64,000 bases of DNA from Hyphomicrobiales bacterium (GTDB taxonomy: Bacteria; Pseudomonadota; Alphaproteobacteria; Rhizobiales; JACESI01), in assembly GCA_013911885.1 (NCBI GenBank), contig JACESI010000004.1, positions 89,607 to 153,606 of the forward strand, written 5' to 3'. The notes beneath the pieces were generated by a model, which had not been told where the DNA came from, ran no database searches, and saw nothing but the letters and a program-made list of their open reading frames with translations. Below are positions 46,715-56,615 of this stretch, piece by piece. The stretch's first letter is position 1. Every line of letters begins with the position of its first letter. The translations under genes and the position numbers were made by a program.

Positions 46715-47698
46715 CTATTTTGGTTTCTTTTCAACGGGAACTGGAGCGGTCGGTGTTGCGGCGGCTCCCTCCGCTGCTTTCGGGGCGGATTCCACGACAA
46801 CATTGATCTTCGCTTGTTTGCGCAGTTCGTCTATCTTTTTCTGGAAGGCCTCCCCAAACAGCTGTTCCTGAATTTGCGCTTGGGCTTCCTCGTAGGTAGG
46901 GGCTGGTTCCTTGCGGATTTCTTCGACCTTGATCACATGCCAGCCGAACTGGGTTTCAACCGGTTCCTTGGAATATTTGCCAGCCTCGAGTTTCGACGCC
47001 GCGTCCTGAAAGGCGGGAACCATCTGATCACCCGTGAAGAAACCGAGATCCCCGCCGTTCTCAGCGCTTGGTCCGCCTGACTTTTCCTTGGCGAGTTCCG
47101 CGAAATCTTTGCCTGCGTCGAGTTCCTTGATGATCGCCTCCGCCTCTTCCTTGGTTTTCATCAGGATATGGCGTGCGCGAATCTGGTTCTGCGGTTCAAA
47201 GCGGGCGAGAAGCTCGACATAGCGTTCCTGCGACAGGGCGTCTGTAACTTGCGGATGGATGACCTTGCGCACATAAAGATTGCGCAGGGCGCGCGCCTCA
47301 AGCAAGGCGAGTATGCGTTGGTATTCGGGGGTGACGTCGAGCTTGTCCTTGCGCGCTTGCTTGGCAAGAACGAGCATGTTGATCATGATCTCGATCAGCG
47401 CTTCACGGCGACTTTCCAGGGGAACGCGCTCAAGATCGCGCTGGAAGTCGACCGAAGCAAAGGCAAGATCGCGGTTGGTGTAGTCCTTGCCATCGACACT
47501 GAAGACCACGGCATCGGGATTGAAGGAAGGCGGTGTTGCAGGCTGTTGCGCGAGCGCAGGCGAGAGCGACGGGACCAGCAGCAGGGCGGCGAGAGCGGCG
47601 CCGCCAAGAAGCGACCTGAGATTGCTCCTTGGGCTGCTCTTTGCCTCATTTGTGAGGATAGTGCGGCTGTCGGTCCGTTTTGTCTGCGAAAAAAACAT
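46715..47698 (-). CDS. Periplasmic peptidyl-prolyl cis-trans isomerase (parvulin / SurA-like)
   Basis: 327 aa. Signal-like N-terminus (LLGGAALAALLLVPSLSPALA). Parvulin core IRARHILMKT...GGDLGFFT...FGWHVIKVEE. Confidence 0.8.
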   Translation of the reverse strand: MFFSQTKRTDSRTILTNEAKSSPRSNLRSLLGGAALAALLLVPSLSPALAQQPATPPSFNPDAVVFSVDGKDYTNRDLAFASVDFQRDLERVPLESRREALIEIMINMLVLAKQARKDKLDVTPEYQRILALLEARALRNLYVRKVIHPQVTDALSQERYVELLARFEPQNQIRARHILMKTKEEAEAIIKELDAGKDFAELAKEKSGGPSAENGGDLGFFTGDQMVPAFQDAASKLEAGKYSKEPVETQFGWHVIKVEEIRKEPAPTYEEAQAQIQEQLFGEAFQKKIDELRKQAKINVVVESAPKAAEGAAATPTAPVPVEKKPK

Positions 47699-48049
47699 TC
47701 AATTCTCCAAATTCCGGTTCAGGTTTCGGGGCCCGTTCATATGCCCGTTCTGAGGTAATGATTCGCCGCGAGCGGTCGCATGACATTATGTCCAAAAGTC
47801 GACTTCCCAAAGGAACGGCTGTGGCCCCAGTGTCGCCGTCGAAACATATTCAATATCCTAAAGGGTAGCTGCAACGGCGCTTGTCGGCTTTCAGGTGTTC
47901 GTGAGCGCCACTGGCGTTGACATCAACCCGGCCCACTCTTATCTGTCGGGTGGTGTGTCGTCCAGAACGGTTTTGACCTATCACATATTGTTTTGCGCAG
48001 ATTGGCCGCCGTCTCCTCTCTCGAACAATCACACTGTAGGATTTATTTC

Positions 48050-50782
48050 ATGGTTTTTGGCGCAATCGCCCGCAAGGTCTTCGGATCGTCCAATGATCGC
48101 AAGATCAGGGGCTATCATTCGCGCGTTGCCGCGATCAATGCGTTAGAGGCCGAAATATCCGCCCTCACGGATGAGGCGCTGCGGATGAAGACCGAGGCAT
48201 TCAGGAAACGTCATCAGGATGGTGAAACCCTCGATCAATTGCTGGTGGAGGCTTTCGCAGTCGTGCGCGAAGCATCAAAACGGGCCCTCGGCATGCGGCC
48301 GTTCGATGTCCAGCTTATCGGTGGCATGGTGCTGCATGAAAACGCCATTGCCGAAATGCGCACCGGTGAGGGCAAGACGCTGGTTGCAACCCTGCCGGTC
48401 TATCTGAATGCGCTTACCGGGCGCGGCGTTCATGTGGTGACGGTCAACGACTACCTCGCCAGCCGTGACGCGGAGTGGATGGGTAAGCTCTACAAGTTTC
48501 TCGGTCTCAGCGTCGGCATCGTGGTGCATGGTCTCGACGATACTTTGCGCAAGCAAGCCTATGCGCGTGACATCACCTATGGCACCAATAACGAGCTTGG
48601 GTTCGACTATCTGCGCGACAATATGAAATATTCGCTGGAATCGATGGTCCAGCGCGGGCATTATTTCGCGATTGTGGATGAGGTCGATTCGATCCTGATC
48701 GACGAAGCGCGCACGCCGCTGATCATTTCTGGCCCGCTCGAAGACCGTTCCGATCTTTATGTCACCATCGACAAGTTCATCCCGATGCTCTCGGATGAGG
48801 ATTTTGAGATTGATGAGAAGCACCGATCGGTCTCCTTTACCGAAGTCGGCAATGAGAAGCTGGAAATGCTCCTGCGCGAGGCAGGCCATCTCAAGGGCGA
48901 CGGTCTTTATGATGTCGAGAACGTGACCATGGTGCACCATGTCACGAATGCGCTGCGGGCACACAAGACCTTTCAAAAGGACAAGGACTATATCGTCCGC
49001 AATAACGAAGTCATCATCATCGACGAATTTACCGGGCGCATGATGCCGGGGCGCCGCTTTTCGGAGGGCCTGCATCAGGCGCTCGAAGCCAAGGAAGGCG
49101 CCAAGATCCAGCCGGAAAACCAGACCCTCGCCTCAATCACCTTCCAGAACTATTTCCGCATGTATGAAAAGCTCGCAGGCATGACCGGGACAGCGATAAC
49201 CGAGGCGGCCGAGTTCAGCGACATTTACGGCCTTACAGTGATTGATGTGCCGACCAATCTCAAAGTTGCAAGGATTGACGAGAGCGACGAGGTCTACCGG
49301 ACGGCGGACGAGAAATTCAATGCGATCGTGCTTGAAATCAAGGCCGCCCAGGCGAAGCGGCAACCGGTTCTGGTCGGCACCACGTCGATTGAAAAATCCG
49401 AATATCTGGCTGATCTGCTGCGCCGCGAAGGCCTCGAGAATTTCAGTGTCCTGAACGCGCGCTATCATGAGCAGGAGGCCCAGATCGTGGCTCAGGCAGG
49501 CGTGCCTGGCGCTGTGACGATTGCGACCAATATGGCCGGGCGCGGTACCGACATCAAACTCGGCGGTAATGTCGAAATGCGCGTCGAGCAGGAAGTTAGC
49601 GATGATCCCGATGATGCCGAGCGTGCTGAAAAGATTGCCGCAATAGAGGCGGAAGTGGCGGCGAACAAGGCGGAGGTCATTGCCGCAGGCGGACTTTACG
49701 TGCTTGCGACCGAGCGCCATGAAAGCCGCCGGATTGACAACCAGCTGCGCGGACGCTCCGGGCGCCAGGGGGACCCTGGACGCTCAAAATTCTATCTCTC
49801 GCTTCAGGACGATCTGATGCGGATCTTCGGTTCCGACCGTATGGATGGCATGCTGAAGCGCCTCGGTCTCGAAGAGGGAGAGGCGATCATCCATCCGTGG
49901 ATAAACAAGGCGCTGGAACAGGCGCAGAAAAAGGTCGAGGCGCGCAACTTCGATATCCGCAAGAACCTGCTCAAATTCGACGATGTGATGAACGATCAGC
50001 GCAAGGTGATTTTCGAACAGCGCATCGAGATGATGGGCGACGAGGATCTCAATGAGATCGTCTCTGAAATGCGCCGCGATGTGGTCGATGATCTCGTCAC
50101 CAAACATATCCCGGAAAAGGCCTATGCCGAGCAATGGGCGGTGAACGATCTCAAGGGCGAAGTCGCAACCTATCTGGCCGTCGATCTGCCGATTGAGGAA
50201 TGGGCCGCGGAAGAGGGGATTGCCGACGAGGAAATCCGCGAGCGACTGCACCGCGCCGCAAATGAACACGCAGCCGCCCGCGCGGTACGTATCGGCTCGG
50301 AGAACATGCGCTATATCGAAAAGGCGGTCATTCTTCAGACGCTCGACCATCTCTGGCGCGAACATCTTGTGACGCTCGATCACCTGCGTCAGGTGGTCGG
50401 GCTGCGCGGCTATGGCCAGCGCGACCCGCTTCAGGAATACAAGCAGGAATCCTACACGCTGTTCGAGCAGATGCTGATCACCCTGCGTCAGGCGGTGACG
50501 AGCCAGTTGATGCGGGTCGAGATTGTCGAGCGCGCACCGCAGCTTTCAGACGAAGACCTGCCAGAAATGGATTATGATCATCCCGCGAGTGCTGATCTTG
50601 CGCATGTTATGGACGATGGCCCCGAGGCTCAGTCATCCGTAAGGCCGGCGCCAGCACCAGTGGCGGCTCAGGCAGGTGAGCGTGACCCGGAAAACCCCGC
50701 GTCCTGGGGTAAAGTCGGTCGCAATGAAGCCTGTCCCTGCGGCTCAGGCAAAAAATACAAACATTGTCACGGTGCGCTCTAG
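48050..50782 (+). CDS. secA: Preprotein translocase ATPase SecA
   Basis: 910 aa from ATG 48050. Walker [31 protein letters not shown]-terminal zinc finger [14 protein letters not shown]. Confidence 0.97.
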   Translation: MVFGAIARKVFGSSNDRKIRGYHSRVAAINALEAEISALTDEALRMKTEAFRKRHQDGETLDQLLVEAFAVVREASKRALGMRPFDVQLIGGMVLHENAIAEMRTGEGKTLVATLPVYLNALTGRGVHVVTVNDYLASRDAEWMGKLYKFLGLSVGIVVHGLDDTLRKQAYARDITYGTNNELGFDYLRDNMKYSLESMVQRGHYFAIVDEVDSILIDEARTPLIISGPLEDRSDLYVTIDKFIPMLSDEDFEIDEKHRSVSFTEVGNEKLEMLLREAGHLKGDGLYDVENVTMVHHVTNALRAHKTFQKDKDYIVRNNEVIIIDEFTGRMMPGRRFSEGLHQALEAKEGAKIQPENQTLASITFQNYFRMYEKLAGMTGTAITEAAEFSDIYGLTVIDVPTNLKVARIDESDEVYRTADEKFNAIVLEIKAAQAKRQPVLVGTTSIEKSEYLADLLRREGLENFSVLNARYHEQEAQIVAQAGVPGAVTIATNMAGRGTDIKLGGNVEMRVEQEVSDDPDDAERAEKIAAIEAEVAANKAEVIAAGGLYVLATERHESRRIDNQLRGRSGRQGDPGRSKFYLSLQDDLMRIFGSDRMDGMLKRLGLEEGEAIIHPWINKALEQAQKKVEARNFDIRKNLLKFDDVMNDQRKVIFEQRIEMMGDEDLNEIVSEMRRDVVDDLVTKHIPEKAYAEQWAVNDLKGEVATYLAVDLPIEEWAAEEGIADEEIRERLHRAANEHAAARAVRIGSENMRYIEKAVILQTLDHLWREHLVTLDHLRQVVGLRGYGQRDPLQEYKQESYTLFEQMLITLRQAVTSQLMRVEIVERAPQLSDEDLPEMDYDHPASADLAHVMDDGPEAQSSVRPAPAPVAAQAGERDPENPASWGKVGRNEACPCGSGKKYKHCHGAL

Positions 50783-50833
50783 CCGCTTGCTTTAGCGGCG
50801 GGCTGGATGGGGGATGGTCAGCCTATCAGCGAT

Positions 50834-50867
50834 GATCCGGCGGTGGACTTGATCCGGCGGTGGACTT
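50834..50867. repeat. Perfect tandem duplication of a 17-bp unit gatccggcggtggactt
   Basis: Copies at 50834-50850 and 50851-50867, in the spacer between the convergent secA and L,D-transpeptidase-family genes. Confidence 0.9.
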
Positions 50868-50885
50868 GGCTGTCGGATGATTGCT

Positions 50886-52262
50886 TCAAATTTTCTTTTC
50901 TGCCGGGATCGCGGCTGATTGACCGCTGAAGCTGCCCGGGCGCGGCTGCGGCTTTGGCGCAAACCCGCTTCCGGGTATGGCGTTTGCAGGAGCCGGTAAG
51001 GCCTGAGCCGGTAAGGACTGAACTGGTAGGGCTGGGGTGGCATCCTGGCCTGCTGGACCCGCCACAGAAGGAACGGGTCCGGGAGGAGCAAGAGAAGGAA
51101 CAAGAACGGAAGGATCGGTCGCGGCCTTTGTTGCGACGCTGACAGGCGCGGCAGCGGTTGCTGCCGGCACTGGAATCGAACCGTCCGCATTATAGCCGAG
51201 CGCCACAAGCTGATCCTGAATGTCAAGAAGGCGGCGTTTTTCGATCGAACTGTAAGCAAGCGAGCGATCTTCGAATTTCTTCATGCGACCAAGTTCGATA
51301 TCGAGGCGGCTCATCAATTCCGCGTGGCGGCGTTCGGTCGGCGTGGTGTAGGCAGCAGCGATCTTTTCTTCAAGGGCGCGATCCTCGGCAATCTTGGCAT
51401 CCACCGCCGTTTTCAGGTTTTCCGGTACTTCATAGGCCGGACATTGCTTGCGCGCATCGAAGGTGCCGCCATCGGTTGGACGGGCGTTGAAGAGATAAGC
51501 ACCATCACAGGCATCGACGGTGGGTGCGACTTTGGTGAGTTCAAAATGTTCATAACCCTGTTTGAGGGTGCGCCAGAACGGCATATTCTCGTCGGTCTGA
51601 AACAGGGCCATGTTCGCCGGTGTCATGCGGAACGGAAATGCGTGGACCTGAAACCGCTTCTGGCCACCCCAGAATGCTTCCCTCGCCAGGGCATAGATTT
51701 CTTCGATCTGGCTGTCTTCCATCGAATAGCAGCCGGCAGACGAACACGCGCCATGCACCATCAGAAACGACCCTGTGCGGTCATGGGCCTTATCAAAACT
51801 GTTTGGAAAGCCGATATTGAAGGACAGATGAAAGGAGGAATTCGGGTTCATCTGCGAAGGGCCAACGGTGTAAAAACCCTCTGGTGCCTGCCGGTCGCCT
51901 TCCTTCAGTTTCGGTCCAAGCGCACCGGACCAGGCGCATATCTCGAAGGTCTTGAGGAGCTTATATTCGCCGTTCGGCGCCTGTTTCCAGACTTCGAGTT
52001 CCGCTTCCTTTTTGAAGATGCGGATGAAGATCGGCGCGCGTTCCTCAACGCCAAGTTTTGTCATTTCCTTGATAAGGGCTTTTGGGACAGGCGCGCTCGC
52101 CTTTTCAAATTCCTCGCCGAAACAACCGGCGAGAACGAGCGTGCCGCAAAGGGTAGCGGCAATGGCGAGGCGCCGGATCGCTGTGCCCGTATAACGCGCA
52201 AAACCCGGCCTTACTGAATGTTGCAGTTCGAAAGCTTGTCCCGTCACTGATCGTCCTGCCAC
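50886..52262 (-). CDS. L,D-transpeptidase (YkuD) family protein, YafK/COG3034-like, with a Pro/Ala-rich C-terminal tail
   Basis: Lipobox-like TLVLAGC. Catalytic motif LMVHGACSSAGCYSM. EGDRQAPEGFY. The tail runs from about PVPAATAAAP to the end. GTG start uncertain. Confidence 0.75.
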   Translation of the reverse strand: MAGRSVTGQAFELQHSVRPGFARYTGTAIRRLAIAATLCGTLVLAGCFGEEFEKASAPVPKALIKEMTKLGVEERAPIFIRIFKKEAELEVWKQAPNGEYKLLKTFEICAWSGALGPKLKEGDRQAPEGFYTVGPSQMNPNSSFHLSFNIGFPNSFDKAHDRTGSFLMVHGACSSAGCYSMEDSQIEEIYALAREAFWGGQKRFQVHAFPFRMTPANMALFQTDENMPFWRTLKQGYEHFELTKVAPTVDACDGAYLFNARPTDGGTFDARKQCPAYEVPENLKTAVDAKIAEDRALEEKIAAAYTTPTERRHAELMSRLDIELGRMKKFEDRSLAYSSIEKRRLLDIQDQLVALGYNADGSIPVPAATAAAPVSVATKAATDPSVLVPSLAPPGPVPSVAGPAGQDATPALPVQSLPAQALPAPANAIPGSGFAPKPQPRPGSFSGQSAAIPAEKKI

Positions 52263-52525
52263 TTCAAGATAAAACCACGTGAATATCGCGGCAGAGGCAA
52301 ATGCACATCACTGGAAAAACTCCAGAAAAGCTGCTTTGCGTAGCACGTGAGCTATCGGGATATGGCAGTTCGGCCTTCTGCCGTGATGCCGAATACCGAT
52401 TTTCAAGTCCTCGCAAGTTCTGCCCGCCACTTGCCGAATTTCCTGAACGCTCCATACCATATTTTCTCAACTATTCATCCAAAGGCCTGATGACAAGATC
52501 GTGTTCGACGAAACTGTGAGCGGTG

Positions 52526-53548
52526 TCAATTAAACAGGCAGAAGATGCCGGTACACGGGCGGCTTTCTTCGAAATAGCGTTGCGAGCCGGCGTGATAGGG
52601 CAGAAAAGTTTTCTTTTCGGATGCCGCGCGCTCTATCCGGCTTGCCGCGCCATGCAGCGTATTCACAAAGGCGATATTTTCAAACATCGTTTTGGTGATG
52701 TGATAGGCGTCTGCTTCGTCGAAATCGCTCAGGACCACCAGATAATTCATCTGCGAAATCGAGGCGACAGACTTGATCTGGTTTGCATAGGTTCCAGCCG
52801 GTATGATAGCGCGCTGCCAGACCGGCCAGTCCGATGCATTCATCTGGTTCAAAAGGCTGTCACTGATGTTGAGCATTGTCGCGTTGCTGCGTGTGTCTGC
52901 CATTATTTGCTGGACAGCGAGACTGTGTTCATGGGTGAAAAAGGAAATGCCCGCAATGCGCTGCTCGAGAAAGTCATCCACGCTTCGGTAGATGTCGAAA
53001 TCGGGGATGCGGAAAAGCTGTTCGAAATTGATCGCCGTGGTGCTGAACAAGGCACGCGATGCGAAGGCGGAAGCAGACTGGCTGGTTCCGAACGAGATAC
53101 TCTCGCCGATGAGATTGCGGAAATCGTCAATTTCACCGGTGCGGGCCTGCTCTCTCTGGATGATGAGATGCGCGACATCCGGCCAGAGCGCCGCAAGAAT
53201 CTGGATTTCTCCGGTGTTTTGATATTTGTCGAAAGGGGGGGATTTCTTGGTGACAGCAAGAAGGGTCGCCGCATCGACAAAGGCAATATCAGCTTCGCGT
53301 TTCAACAGGGCGTCAATATTGTCCCGCGCACCCTGCGATTGGTGCAGCTTCAGGAGAACGTCGATCGCTTCGGTGTGCTTGAGCTGGAGGAGCGTATTGA
53401 GCGCAACGCCGACCGGATAAAAATTGCCGGTCGCCGTGCCTGTTGTCAGGCGATAGACGCCGCTTGCTTCAGCCGGGGAAACAAAGCCAACGCATATGGA
53501 CGCTGTAATCATGAATCCCGTCATCATCAAGCGAAGACCCAGGCGCAT
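52526..53548 (-). CDS. TAXI-family (TRAP-associated) solute-binding protein, orphan
   Basis: Signal peptide MRLGLRLMMTGFMITASICVGFVSPAEA from ATG 53548. TAXI-like YRLTTGTATGNFYPVGVAL and ...PYHAGSQRYFEE. Longer starts are possible (up to 53704). Confidence 0.6.
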   Translation of the reverse strand: MRLGLRLMMTGFMITASICVGFVSPAEASGVYRLTTGTATGNFYPVGVALNTLLQLKHTEAIDVLLKLHQSQGARDNIDALLKREADIAFVDAATLLAVTKKSPPFDKYQNTGEIQILAALWPDVAHLIIQREQARTGEIDDFRNLIGESISFGTSQSASAFASRALFSTTAINFEQLFRIPDFDIYRSVDDFLEQRIAGISFFTHEHSLAVQQIMADTRSNATMLNISDSLLNQMNASDWPVWQRAIIPAGTYANQIKSVASISQMNYLVVLSDFDEADAYHITKTMFENIAFVNTLHGAASRIERAASEKKTFLPYHAGSQRYFEESRPCTGIFCLFN

Positions 53549-53697
53549 CCGATTTAGTGTTTGCCACCAAGGGCGAATTTTTCTAAAACGCGTGAGCATA
53601 AGCCGTGATTTCCGAATCTGGGTGGAATGGTGCCGCCGATCTTTGCGCCGAGTATTCCACAAAAGCTTAAACGTCCACTTACCAAAGGGCTTTTTCA

Positions 53698-55110
53698 ATG
53701 CCATCGCTTCAGAAACTTTGGCTGATTGTCTGCGTTCTTATCGCGTCTTTTGGTGGATCGGCCGTTGCGGGTCCCTATATTCTGGTTGACCTCTCAAATG
53801 GCGATGTGATCGCTGATGAGAAGGCGAGCGATCCCTGGTATCCGGCCTCGATCACCAAGCTGATGACGCTTTATGTTGCCGCACAGGCGATCCGCGAAGG
53901 GCGTCTTTCGCTACGCTCAACACTGACAATGTCAAAAGCGGCAGCATCTGTGCAGCCAAGCAAGATGGGTTTCAAGCCGGGCACCGAAGTCACCATGGAA
54001 AATGCTTTCGCCATGCTGATTGTAAAGTCTGCAAACGATATCGCGGTCGCGATCGCTGAACGGGTGAGCGGCAGTCAGGCCGCGTTTGTTGATGAAATGA
54101 ACACAAACGCCCGCCGGCTTGGCATGGTGAACAGCCATTTCGACAATCCGCACGGACTTCCCTCATCGACGCAAGTCGTGACCGCTCGCGATATGGCGCT
54201 TCTTGGTTATGTGATCTACCGGGAGTTCCCTGAGTTGCTTCCCCTGTTTCGCGTTGCCGCCATCCGCATTGATCAAAAGAAGCTCACCTCGCAAAATCTT
54301 CTCCTTCCGTATTATCGTGGCGCGACCGGCATGAAGACCGGCTTTACCTGTGATTCCGGTCTCACCATGGTCGCCACCGCCGAGCGTGGCGGTCGTAAAT
54401 ATCTGGCCGTCATTCTTGGCGAATATTCCGCCATCGATCGCACAGAGAAAGCGGCCCTCGTTCTTGATTATGGCTTTGCAGCTAAGGGCGCGCGCTCAAA
54501 GGGTTCAATCGAGCGCTACCAGCCGGCGCGCTCGCGCGCATCGCCGCTCAGTGTGCGCACTTTCACCTGCGGTCAGGCAGAGCGTTCGCGCAGATATAAG
54601 GATGTCGCCTCGGTGCTGGAGGCGAAAGGAAAGGCGCAGGGCGGGGAGGCGAGCGGCGCAGCCCAAGGGACCAGCGGTACTGTCGTGATCGGTCCGGGCG
54701 GACGGCAATATACTTCAACCATATTGCACGAGCGCCGGGCTGGAACGGTCATCAATGTCGCGGCAGGGCGCGGCGGCAAGGTGAGCCCGGCGCTTTTCAC
54801 CATCAAGGTGAGCGATGCCGCGCGGGCGCGTTTGGCGCGGGTTGAAGAGGAAATCCCCCGCCCGGCGGCGCCGCCTTTGCCAGCCGCGGTGACAGCCAAT
54901 GCTCCGGTGACGGCGAGCGCTTTTGTGAATGCCGCGTCCGGTGTTGGCGCGGCCGGCACAGCCAAATCGGTGGCGTCTTCCGCTTCCGCGGCAAGCCTTG
55001 TCCTGCCGGCGCCTTCCGTTGAACGGCCGATCGCACTCGCGCCATCAAAACTGGGAACTCCAGCGCCCGGCATTCTTCTTCCGCGTGCCAATCCACGTCG
55101 CAAGCGGTGA
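53698..55110 (+). CDS. D-alanyl-D-alanine carboxypeptidase (peptidase S11, PBP5/6-like) with an Ala/Pro-rich C-terminal extension
   Basis: Signal peptide. SxxK motif PASITKLMT. SAND (SxN) and MKTGFT (KTG) motifs. Confidence 0.85.
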   Translation: MPSLQKLWLIVCVLIASFGGSAVAGPYILVDLSNGDVIADEKASDPWYPASITKLMTLYVAAQAIREGRLSLRSTLTMSKAAASVQPSKMGFKPGTEVTMENAFAMLIVKSANDIAVAIAERVSGSQAAFVDEMNTNARRLGMVNSHFDNPHGLPSSTQVVTARDMALLGYVIYREFPELLPLFRVAAIRIDQKKLTSQNLLLPYYRGATGMKTGFTCDSGLTMVATAERGGRKYLAVILGEYSAIDRTEKAALVLDYGFAAKGARSKGSIERYQPARSRASPLSVRTFTCGQAERSRRYKDVASVLEAKGKAQGGEASGAAQGTSGTVVIGPGGRQYTSTILHERRAGTVINVAAGRGGKVSPALFTIKVSDAARARLARVEEEIPRPAAPPLPAAVTANAPVTASAFVNAASGVGAAGTAKSVASSASAASLVLPAPSVERPIALAPSKLGTPAPGILLPRANPRRKR

Positions 55111-56216
55111 TGGATACATCCATCCCCGTTATCGTGCTGACCGGTTTTCTCGGTGCAGGCAAGACGACGCTTCTCAATCGCCTGCTTGCCGACCCCGCCA
55201 TGGCGAATGCGGCTGTCATCATCAACGAATTCGGCGACGTACCGCTCGATCATCTTCTCGTCGAGAGCAGCAAGGACGGGATTATCGCACTTTCCTCCGG
55301 CTGCATCTGTTGCAGCTTGCGCGGCGATCTTGCCGATACGCTCGAGCGTCTTCTGCTGCGTATGGAGGGGGGTGCCGATCCTTCTCTCACGGCGATTGTG
55401 ATCGAAACTTCCGGTCTTGCTGATCCTGTGCCCGTAATGCAGACCGTGATCGGCCATCCTGCCTTGCGCCGCCATCTTTCGCTGCGGCTGGTCGCGACGA
55501 TGATTGACAGCGTCAACGGCCTTGCGACCCTTGCCGATCACCGGGTTGCACAAATTCAGGTTGCCGTTGCCGACCGTCTTTTCGTCAGCAAAACGGATCT
55601 GACAGCGGGCGTCGTTCCCACAGCCCTTGCACGCAGGATCAGGGGCCTCAATCCGCGAACCGCCGCGGCGACGGAACCGGAAAACTTTATTGCAGCACTG
55701 CTCGAGATCGCCGCCCCCGCCGGTTCGGCGCAGGCACGATCACTGATCATGAACTCGGTCTGTCATGATGGTGGACCTGAGCACGAGTCTGGCGGTGAGA
55801 GCAGCTCCGGGCCAATGCATCCCGCCTCGATTTCAACCTTCACCCTGCGTCGGCCGGAGGCAATCGACCGGGTGGCTCTCGATGCCTTTCTCGATCTCCT
55901 GGCATCGGTCCATGGCCCGGCGCTTCTGCGGGTCAAGGGATTGGTCAAGGTCATGGAACATCCCGACCAGCCGCTTCTTGTTCACGGTGTGCAGCGGGTG
56001 TTTCATCCGCCGCGCCTGCTTGCAGGCTGGCCGGATGGAGACACAATGTCGCGGATCGTCTTCATCACAAAGGGGCTTGAGGAAGGTCTCATAAAGCGTC
56101 TTTTCGCGGGCTTCCTCGGTATTCCCGATATCGATACGCCGGACCGGGCGGCGCTGATCGACAATCCCCTTGCCATAGCGGGTTTCTCTCCCCAGCCGGG
56201 TAAAGGGCGCGAGTGA
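55110..56216 (+). CDS. COG0523-family G3E GTPase (CobW/YjiA/ZigA-like putative metallochaperone)
   Basis: Walker A LTGFLGAGKTTLLN. CxCC motif GCICCSLRGDL. ETSGLADP. The ATG at 55110 shares its A with the preceding TGA (gTGATGg). GTG 55107 is an alternative. Confidence 0.85.
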   Translation: MDTSIPVIVLTGFLGAGKTTLLNRLLADPAMANAAVIINEFGDVPLDHLLVESSKDGIIALSSGCICCSLRGDLADTLERLLLRMEGGADPSLTAIVIETSGLADPVPVMQTVIGHPALRRHLSLRLVATMIDSVNGLATLADHRVAQIQVAVADRLFVSKTDLTAGVVPTALARRIRGLNPRTAAATEPENFIAALLEIAAPAGSAQARSLIMNSVCHDGGPEHESGGESSSGPMHPASISTFTLRRPEAIDRVALDAFLDLLASVHGPALLRVKGLVKVMEHPDQPLLVHGVQRVFHPPRLLAGWPDGDTMSRIVFITKGLEEGLIKRLFAGFLGIPDIDTPDRAALIDNPLAIAGFSPQPGKGRE

Positions 56217-56302
56217 TTTGCCATTCATTCAAATGCAGCCTTTCTGGCACAGTTTTTCTTAAGGTCTGGCTGTTACAAGAATGTATCTGTTAGGAGTAAA
56301 TC

Positions 56303-56527
56303 ATGGCCGGGTCTGTTGACGCTATTGCGAATTTCGTTGCGGCGAGCCGTACCGTCGAGGCGGCATCGGTGGTCGCATCGAAAGTGCTCGAGATCGAGCA
56401 GCAGGCCGCGCAAGGCATTCTTCAGGCCTTGCAGCAGAGCCAGGCGAATCTCGCCGTGGCCGCGGCCGAGATCGCTGCAGCGCCGACGCTTGATGGCACC
56501 GGCGGAGTTGTTGACCGGTACGCCTGA
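56303..56527 (+). CDS. Small YjfB-like (putative motility protein family) protein
   Basis: 74 aa with a strong RBS (aggag, 7 nt upstream). Ala/Gln-rich VASKVLEIEQQAAQGILQALQQ and the C-terminus GGVVDRYA resemble PF14070-type proteins as I recall them. Confidence 0.5.
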   Translation: MAGSVDAIANFVAASRTVEAASVVASKVLEIEQQAAQGILQALQQSQANLAVAAAEIAAAPTLDGTGGVVDRYA

Positions 56528-56615
56528 TCCATCAGATCTGTTAAAGCGCCACTTTTTCCGGCTTTTTAATCAATTTTACGCCGTTGTCCCCGGCCCCTTG
56601 CCGCCCATGCGCCGT

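Noticed and set aside
55110-56216. A CobW-like GTPase as part of cobalamin biosynthesis.
   Set aside because: No cob/cbi genes or B12-riboswitch-like leader are adjacent. It is better described generically as a COG0523 G3E GTPase.
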